Positions 57,634-64,000 of a stretch of 64,000 nt of DNA are shown here, in pieces. A model generated the notes under the pieces. The model was given only the letters and a program-made list of their open reading frames with translations, did not search any database and was not told the DNA's origin. The stretch's first letter is position 1, and every line of letters starts with the position of its first letter. The DNA comes from a virus. The stretch is from the IMG/VR virus record IMGVR_UViG_3300020450_000010, positions 32,001 through 96,000 of that record; one strand, 5' to 3'. Position numbers and translations under genes: made by a program.

Positions 57634-58731
57634 ATGGCTCATGCAATGGATGAACTATTAAACTCAAATACGCTCTCCGAAGAGGTTAGATCTTCAATAT
57701 CTGAAGCTTGGGATACCCAACTAACGGAAGCTCGTGAAACAATCACAGCTGAACTTAGAGAAGAATTTGCACAGCGTTATGAAAATGACAAGTCGCAGAT
57801 TGTAGAAGCCGCAGATAAGATGCTTACGGATGTTATTGGAAAAGAACTCGAAGAGTTCAAAGAAGATAAAGCCAAAGTAGCTGAAGATCGTGTTGCTTAT
57901 CGCAAGCACATGAAAGAGCATTCAAAAGTGCTTGATCAGTTTGTGATGGAAGCACTCCGCAAAGAGATCGAAGAACTCCGCGGAGACCGAGTTGCTCAAG
58001 AATCAAACATGACGAAGCTGGAAGGTTTTGTTATGGAGCAATTAACCAAAGAGCTCAATGAGTTTCATGAAGACAAACGCTCACTAGTTGAAGCTAAAGT
58101 CAAAATGATTAAAGAAGGCAAAGAGGTTATCAATCAAACTAAAGCAGATTTCATAAAGACTGCCGCGAAGAAAGTAGAAGGCATAATGGAAAATACCATT
58201 AAGTCAGAACTTAATACTTTACGTGAAGATATCAAAACAGCCAAAGAAAATACCTTTGGACGTAAGATATTTGAAACATACGCCGCTGAATTTATGGGTA
58301 GCTATCTAAACGAAGGAACGGAAGTTGCTAAGTTGTCTAAGGTAGTTGAAAATCTACAAGGCGAGATTGAAAACAAAGATAAAGCCATTGCTGAAAAGGA
58401 AGTAGCTATAGCAGAAAGTGCTAAGGAAGCACGTATTGCTAAAGATACAGCAGAACGAAAGCAAGTTATGCAAGAAATGATGCAACCTCTCAGCAAAGAC
58501 CATAAAGAAATTATGGGTGCATTGCTTGAAAGTGTAAAAACTGAAAAGCTACAAAATGCATTCAATAAGTATCTCCCTTCAGTACTGAAGGAAGACGCAA
58601 AAAAACCAGAAAAGAAGGTACTAAGTGAATCTACAACAGAAGTCACTGGAAACAAAGCAGAAGCTACAGCATCAGCTGACAGCAAGACAGCTGATATTGT
58701 TTACCTTCAAAAATTAGCCGGTATAAGTTAA
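57634..58731 (+). CDS. Prohead scaffolding protein, T4 gp22-like
   Basis: Coiled-coil Glu/Lys-rich protein between protease and capsid genes; FGRKIFE motif. Confidence 0.8.
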   Translation: MAHAMDELLNSNTLSEEVRSSISEAWDTQLTEARETITAELREEFAQRYENDKSQIVEAADKMLTDVIGKELEEFKEDKAKVAEDRVAYRKHMKEHSKVLDQFVMEALRKEIEELRGDRVAQESNMTKLEGFVMEQLTKELNEFHEDKRSLVEAKVKMIKEGKEVINQTKADFIKTAAKKVEGIMENTIKSELNTLREDIKTAKENTFGRKIFETYAAEFMGSYLNEGTEVAKLSKVVENLQGEIENKDKAIAEKEVAIAESAKEARIAKDTAERKQVMQEMMQPLSKDHKEIMGALLESVKTEKLQNAFNKYLPSVLKEDAKKPEKKVLSESTTEVTGNKAEATASADSKTADIVYLQKLAGIS

Positions 58732-58742
58732 GGAGACCGAAA

Positions 58743-59915
58743 ATGGCAGACGCATTAATGGAAAATTGGAGCGAAACAAAGATCGCTCTTACTGACGGTC
58801 TATCTGGAACTAAAAAGAGTGTAATGGAAACAACACTTGAGAACACTAAGAAGTACCTCGCAGAGGCGGCTTCTACTGGTGCTACTCAAGCAGGAAACGT
58901 AGCTACACTTAACAAAGTTATTCTTCCAGTGATTAGACGTGTCATGCCAACAGTTATCGCCAACGAAATCGTTGGTGTACAGCCTATGACAGGCCCTGTT
59001 GGTCAGATTCACACACTTAGAGTTCGCTACGCAGAAGCGTTCAACTCTACAAGTGGTATTGATACCGCGGCAGGTGATGAGGCATTAAGCCCATTCAAAA
59101 TTGCCGCAGGTTATTCAGGTGCCGCTACTGACAAAGGTGCAGTAACATCAGCACTTGAAGGTGATGCAGGTAAAAAGTTGAGTATTCAAGTACTCAAGCA
59201 AACTGTTGAAGCCAAGTCCAGAAAGCTATCAGCACGTTGGACATTTGAAGCCGCTCAAGACGCACAGTCAATGCACGGCTTAGATGTTGAAGCAGAAATC
59301 ATGCAAGCACTTGCACAAGAGATTACTGCTGAAATCGATCAAGAGATCATTGCAAGTCTTTCAAGTTTAGCTGGTTCAGCCGCAAGCACATACGCACAAG
59401 GTAGTGTAAGTGGTACAGCAACATTTGTTGGTGACGAGCATGCCGCTCTTGCAGTGCTTATTAACAAAGAAGCAAACAACATCGCCGCAAGAACAAGACG
59501 TGGCGCTGGTAACTGGGCAGTAGTAAGCCCAACAGTACTTACAGTACTACAAAGTGCAACAACTTCAGCTTTCGCAAGAAGCACAGAAGGAACATTTGAA
59601 GCACCAACAAATACAAAATTTGTAGGTACTCTAAATGGCACAATGAGAATATATGTAAACCAGTATGCCGCTGATGATACAGTGCTTGTTGGATACAAAG
59701 GTGCAACAGAGACAGACGCCGCGGCGTTCTATTGCCCATATATTCCGCTAATGAGTTCAGGTACAGTACTTGACCCAGCAACATTTGAGCCAGTAGTTAG
59801 CTTTATGACCAGATACGGTTATGTAGAACTAAGCAACCAAGCTTCATCACTTGGTAATGCCGCTGACTATCTTGCAAAAATTGCTGTAACAAGCGGTCAA
59901 CTTGCATTTACCTAA
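58743..59915 (+). CDS. Major capsid protein, T4 gp23-like
   Basis: ILPVIRRVMP..IANEIVGVQPMTGPVGQI, VEAKSRKL.ARWT.E.AQD, AFYCPYIPL and FMTRYG motifs. Confidence 0.97.
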   Translation: MADALMENWSETKIALTDGLSGTKKSVMETTLENTKKYLAEAASTGATQAGNVATLNKVILPVIRRVMPTVIANEIVGVQPMTGPVGQIHTLRVRYAEAFNSTSGIDTAAGDEALSPFKIAAGYSGAATDKGAVTSALEGDAGKKLSIQVLKQTVEAKSRKLSARWTFEAAQDAQSMHGLDVEAEIMQALAQEITAEIDQEIIASLSSLAGSAASTYAQGSVSGTATFVGDEHAALAVLINKEANNIAARTRRGAGNWAVVSPTVLTVLQSATTSAFARSTEGTFEAPTNTKFVGTLNGTMRIYVNQYAADDTVLVGYKGATETDAAAFYCPYIPLMSSGTVLDPATFEPVVSFMTRYGYVELSNQASSLGNAADYLAKIAVTSGQLAFT

Positions 59916-59928
59916 TAGGTATTTCATT

Positions 59929-59966
59929 AAAACGAGGACAGGGCCTTTATGGCCCTGTTTTTGTTT
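59929..59966 (+). terminator. Rho-independent terminator after the major capsid gene
   Basis: ACAGGGCC-TTTAT-GGCCCTGT stem-loop followed by TTTTGTTT. Confidence 0.9.
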
Positions 59967-59975
59967 GTGCAAACA

Positions 59976-59983
59976 AATAAATA
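59976..59983 (+). promoter_or_regulatory. Late promoter-like AATAAATA
   Basis: Lies between the terminator and the AGGAG RBS of the gene at 60004. Confidence 0.55.
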
Positions 59984-60003
59984 TGTACAGTAGGAGATGA
60001 TCG

Positions 60004-61971
60004 ATGGCAACAAAATTTAAGCAAAACCTAGACGTCACTGGAAATATTACTTTGACTGGACAGGTTAGTGCTCAAGGTAATGTTACGCTAGGAGATACAG
60101 ATACAGATAGTGTAACATTTTCAGCTGATGTTACAAGTAATATTTTACCAAACTTAACCGCTACTTATGATTTAGGTGCAGACGGCAAAGCATGGAGAAC
60201 TGTGCATACAGGAAATTTAGTATTCGAAGGTTCGAATGTAGATGGGAATGAAACTACATTTGGAGTAATAAATCCTACAGCAGATAGAACAATTAATTTA
60301 CCAGATTCAACAGGAACAGTTGCCACACAAGAATGGGTAAATGGACAAGGTTTTGGAGCAGGTGCTGGAGGAAGTATAAACGGATTGAATGATGTTGACA
60401 CAGCTACAGTTGCTCCTTCAAACGGACAAGTTTTAAAATGGAACGGTGCAAATTGGATACCACAAAATGACACAGCATCTAGCTACACAAATGCAAGTGT
60501 TGATGCACATATCAATCAAAGCACAGCTACAAACGGGCAAGTGTTAAGTTGGAACGGATCTGACTACGCATGGATTGCAAGTGGTAGTGGTAGTCTAAGC
60601 AATGTAGTTGAAGATACAACTCCACAACTTGGTGGCAATTTAGATCTAAACAGCAAAGATATTACAGGTACAGGTAATATTAATATCACAGGTAGTGCTA
60701 ATTTTGGTTCAAATGATATTACTACCACAGGAAAAGTTTTATTTGCAAATGTGTATAATAATATAGGAGATCTACCAAGTGCGAGCACTTATCACGGAAT
60801 GTTTGCTCACGTCCATGGTACTGGTGCGGCTTATTATGCACATGCAGGCGCATGGATACAACTCGCAGATAATAGTGCTTTAGCAAGTTATCAAACAACT
60901 GCTGGTTTAAATGGTGCTATCGATACACACTTAAATCAAAGCAATCCAACAAGTGGTCACGTACTAAGTTGGAATGGCAGTGACTATGCTTGGGTTGCAA
61001 ACAGTGGTGGTGGAGGTGGAAGCACAAGTCCAGGTGGTTCTAATACACAAGTACAATTTAATGATAGTAGTTCTTTTGGTGGCGATAGTGATTTTACATA
61101 TAACAAAACTACTAATACACTTACAGTTGTAAATCTTACAGCAACAAACATAACAACAACTGGTTCAGGATCACAAACAATTAGTGCTGGTGCAAATATA
61201 GAACTTAATGCTACAAATAGAGTTTTAGTTACAGATACTCCTTTTAGATTAGCAAGTATGACAACAACACAACGAAATGCTATAAGCAGTCCTGTAAACG
61301 GAGATATGATTTACAATAGTACTACTAACCAATTAGAAAGTTATGAAAATAGTGCTTGGGGAGCCACAGCTGGAAGTGGGGGCGGTAGTGGAGATATCAC
61401 TAGAGTTAATATTACAGCAGGTACAGGTTTAACAGGCACACAAGATACAACGACAGGTGATCACACACAAACCCTTGCAGTTGATGTAGGTACAACAGCA
61501 AACAAAATTGTACAGCTAGACGGAACAGCAAAATTACCAGCAGTAGATGGATCACAGTTAACTAATATTAGTGGTAGTGGTATTGCAAGCGTAGTAGCAG
61601 ATACAACACCACAACTTGGTGGTGACTTAGATGTAAATGGTAAAACAATTGCACATACATTCAATGTAGGAAATTCAGGAGCAAGTGATTATACGTTTAG
61701 TGATACTGGAAACATTTGGTTTCCTACAACTGAAAATGATCCTGTATTATATCTACGCAGAGGTGAACAATATAAGTTTGTTGTAAATGCTAGTGGACAT
61801 CCATTTCAAATACGTACAGGAAGTGGTGGTTCAGCATATAATACTGGTGTAACAAACAACGGAGCACAAGTTGGCACAATTATATTTAAAGTTCCAATGT
61901 CAGCACCTGCAACATTGTATTATCAGTGTACAATTCATGGCGGAATGGGAAACACAATTAATATTGTATAG
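60004..61971 (+). CDS. Fibre/decoration-like virion protein with C-terminal cupredoxin-like domain
   Basis: Gly/Thr-rich modules (NGQVL.WNG, DTTPQLGG.LD twice); C-terminal HPF...LYYQCTIHGGMG. Confidence 0.7.
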   Translation: MATKFKQNLDVTGNITLTGQVSAQGNVTLGDTDTDSVTFSADVTSNILPNLTATYDLGADGKAWRTVHTGNLVFEGSNVDGNETTFGVINPTADRTINLPDSTGTVATQEWVNGQGFGAGAGGSINGLNDVDTATVAPSNGQVLKWNGANWIPQNDTASSYTNASVDAHINQSTATNGQVLSWNGSDYAWIASGSGSLSNVVEDTTPQLGGNLDLNSKDITGTGNINITGSANFGSNDITTTGKVLFANVYNNIGDLPSASTYHGMFAHVHGTGAAYYAHAGAWIQLADNSALASYQTTAGLNGAIDTHLNQSNPTSGHVLSWNGSDYAWVANSGGGGGSTSPGGSNTQVQFNDSSSFGGDSDFTYNKTTNTLTVVNLTATNITTTGSGSQTISAGANIELNATNRVLVTDTPFRLASMTTTQRNAISSPVNGDMIYNSTTNQLESYENSAWGATAGSGGGSGDITRVNITAGTGLTGTQDTTTGDHTQTLAVDVGTTANKIVQLDGTAKLPAVDGSQLTNISGSGIASVVADTTPQLGGDLDVNGKTIAHTFNVGNSGASDYTFSDTGNIWFPTTENDPVLYLRRGEQYKFVVNASGHPFQIRTGSGGSAYNTGVTNNGAQVGTIIFKVPMSAPATLYYQCTIHGGMGNTINIV

Positions 61972-62474
61972 GATTAAAAAATGACAGTAATTAGATCAAC
62001 AGCAGAAGTAAATTTTGATGCTACAACAAGAGTACAAGTAAACGATACAAGTTTACGTTTAGCAAATATGACAACTGTACAAAGAGATGCACTAACTCCT
62101 GCAAATGGTGACATGATTTACAATACAACTACAAATCAATTTAATATAAGAATAAATGGTGCTTGGACAACTCTTGCTACAGTAGAAGGTTTGGTTGACA
62201 GTGCACCTACAACACTTGATACACTTAATGAATTAGCGGCGGCACTGGGTGATGATCCTAATTTTGCTACTACAGTCACAAATAGTCTTGCAGGTAAATT
62301 ATCACTGACAGGTGGAACAATGACTGGTGATATAGATGGAAACGGCAATAAAGTATTGTTTGCAAATGTGTATAATAATATTGGAGATCTACCAAGTGCT
62401 AGTACATATCACGGAATGTTTGCTCATGTACACTCAACTGGAAAAGGATATTATGCACATGCAGGTGCATGGAT
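60733..62474 (+). repeat. Dispersed 125-bp imperfect direct repeat (60733-60857 and 62350-62474) shared by two fibre genes
   Basis: Both copies encode KVLFANVYNNIGDLPSASTYHGMFAHVH.TG..YYAHAGAWI; differences are mostly synonymous. Confidence 0.9.
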
Positions 62475-62940
62475 TGAAATGGCTAATCAATCTGATCTAA
62501 CAACAACAAATACAAACGTAACAAACCTAACAAATAGTTTGGCTACAACAAATACAAATATTACTAATCTTACTAACAATAAACTGAATTTATCTGGTGG
62601 TACTATGACAGGAACACTTACACTGAGCGGTGCTCCTAGTAGTGCAAACCATGCGGCTACCAAAGCATATGTAGACAGTGCAGTAGCAGGTAGTGGCGGT
62701 GGAGGAGGAGCTTACATAGGGAACAACAACAATTTGCCTGCTGGAGATTATTTTGCTTGGAGACCAAATGCTCCAAACACGAGCTGGTATGTTTTTAAAG
62801 ACGGAAACCAGAACGATAGAATTGCTAACGGTGGTAATTTTTCTACACAACTAGCCTTTACAGTTCCATCTGGTGGTTATGTAAATGTAGGAACAGGTGA
62901 TTTTGGTACAAGCTCAAGAGCGATATTCAAACTAGGATAA
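61981..62940 (+). CDS. Fibre-like virion protein
   Basis: APTTLDTLNELAAALGDDPNFATT, L.L.GGTMTG (twice) and HAATKAYVD tail-fibre motifs. Confidence 0.75.
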   Translation: MTVIRSTAEVNFDATTRVQVNDTSLRLANMTTVQRDALTPANGDMIYNTTTNQFNIRINGAWTTLATVEGLVDSAPTTLDTLNELAAALGDDPNFATTVTNSLAGKLSLTGGTMTGDIDGNGNKVLFANVYNNIGDLPSASTYHGMFAHVHSTGKGYYAHAGAWIEMANQSDLTTTNTNVTNLTNSLATTNTNITNLTNNKLNLSGGTMTGTLTLSGAPSSANHAATKAYVDSAVAGSGGGGGAYIGNNNNLPAGDYFAWRPNAPNTSWYVFKDGNQNDRIANGGNFSTQLAFTVPSGGYVNVGTGDFGTSSRAIFKLG

Positions 62941-62943
62941 ACA

Positions 62944-64000
62944 ATGAGTGAAAAAGAATATATTGTAAGTCTAAAGAGAGATGTTGATGCTAGTAATTTC
63001 AAAGCAGAAATGACACAAAGCTCAGGTGACACAAATATTCCCAATCGCAGTGTAGATGTTGCTAACGAAAGATTATTAAGCACAAGAAACACACACTATA
63101 GTTTAACAGACGAAGAAGCAACACAACTAAAAAATGATAGTAGAGTTGCAGACGTACATATACCTCCAGAAGATGATGATACTTTAGAAATAGGATTACA
63201 TGCAACACAAACTGCTGATTTTACAAAAACAACAAGTGACAGTGGAGACTATGTTAATTGGGGATTACGTAGATGTATAACAAACAGTAATCCATACTCA
63301 GGCAACACAGTATCTGGAGATTATACATATAACTTAGATGGTACAGGTGTAGATGTTGTTATTCAAGACAGTGGATTACAAGTAGATCATCCGGAGTTCA
63401 ATGATGCAAGCGGAACTTCTAGAGTACAACAGATAAACTGGTATACTGAAAGTGGTTTATCAGGAACGCAAAGTAGTAACCATTATAGAGATTATAACGG
63501 ACATGGAACACACGTAGGAGGAACTGCCGCAGGACTAACATATGGCTGGGCAAAAAATGCAAGAGTGTACGCAGTAAAAGTAAGTGGACTAGAAGGAACA
63601 GGTGATAGCGGTGGTATAGGTGTATCAAACTGTTTTGATGTAATCAAAGGATGGCACAACAACAAAGGTGTTGATCCTGCAACAGGATATAAAAGACCAA
63701 CAATAGTTAATATGAGTTGGGGTTACGGTACATACAGCTATAATGTAACCAGTATAAATTACAGAGGCTCTACATATGGTGGTTGGACAGGCACTGGTAG
63801 AAATACTACATATGGAATAGTAGGAAGCTATAGAAGTGCAACTTATGGTTACAGAATGGGCACAAGAATAACTAGTGTGGATACTGATATACAAGAAATG
63901 ATTGATGCAGGAATACATGTTTGCATTGCCGCAGGAAACTATTATCAAAAAATTGATGTACCTAGTGGCACTGACTACAACAACTATTTTGTTAGTAGCT
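62944..64000 (+). CDS. Subtilisin-like serine protease (S8), truncated by the window end
   Basis: Manual translation from ATG 62944: prodomain-like KEYIVSL, DGTGVDVVIQDSG (Asp), HGTHVGGTAAG (His), VNMSWG and AAGN (oxyanion Asn). Absent from the ORF track because there is no stop in the window. Confidence 0.9.
   Translation, partial: MSEKEYIVSLKRDVDASNFKAEMTQSSGDTNIPNRSVDVANERLLSTRNTHYSLTDEEATQLKNDSRVADVHIPPEDDDTLEIGLHATQTADFTKTTSDSGDYVNWGLRRCITNSNPYSGNTVSGDYTYNLDGTGVDVVIQDSGLQVDHPEFNDASGTSRVQQINWYTESGLSGTQSSNHYRDYNGHGTHVGGTAAGLTYGWAKNARVYAVKVSGLEGTGDSGGIGVSNCFDVIKGWHNNKGVDPATGYKRPTIVNMSWGYGTYSYNVTSINYRGSTYGGWTGTGRNTTYGIVGSYRSATYGYRMGTRITSVDTDIQEMIDAGIHVCIAAGNYYQKIDVPSGTDYNNYFVSS

Noticed and set aside
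60733-62474. 125-bp repeat pair as a diversity-generating retroelement TR/VR
   Set aside because: Differences are mostly synonymous and not restricted to adenines, both copies are inside genes, and no reverse transcriptase is present in the window.
1-64000. CRISPR array, tRNA genes or IS elements
   Set aside because: No regularly spaced repeats, cloverleaf/T-loop signatures or transposase ORFs were found by eye; intergenic space is minimal.

Overview
AT-rich, gene-dense segment of a large T4-superfamily (jumbo-type) myovirus genome; no tRNA, rRNA or CRISPR array was seen. From 44.4 kb leftward a long minus-strand block encodes tail/baseplate proteins (gp53/LysM-like, hub with an M15-like peptidase domain, gp5-like, degenerate lysozyme, gp25, gp6, a 4008-aa wedge protein, fibre proteins). 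It runs directly into a ~19-kb enzyme island with 3 glycosyltransferase-like genes, 5 radical SAM enzymes (one cobalamin-binding), 3 methyltransferases, 3 sulfotransferase-like P-loop proteins and a TctA/TctC transporter. To the right are the gp55 late sigma factor, a 2OG-Fe(II) oxygenase, gp47/gp46, a HAD phosphomannomutase, a minimal GIY-YIG nuclease, gp26-like and tape-measure-like genes, the head module (gp20, gp21, gp22, gp23), fibre proteins and a truncated subtilase. The best candidates for something new are (1) a ~375-nt strand-specific, highly structured non-coding element directly after the GIY-YIG gene, (2) a switch-like RNA with two mutually exclusive folds next to the tctA ribosome-binding site, and (3) the radical SAM/glycosyltransferase island. 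All product calls come from motif recognition by eye; no database search or folding program was run.
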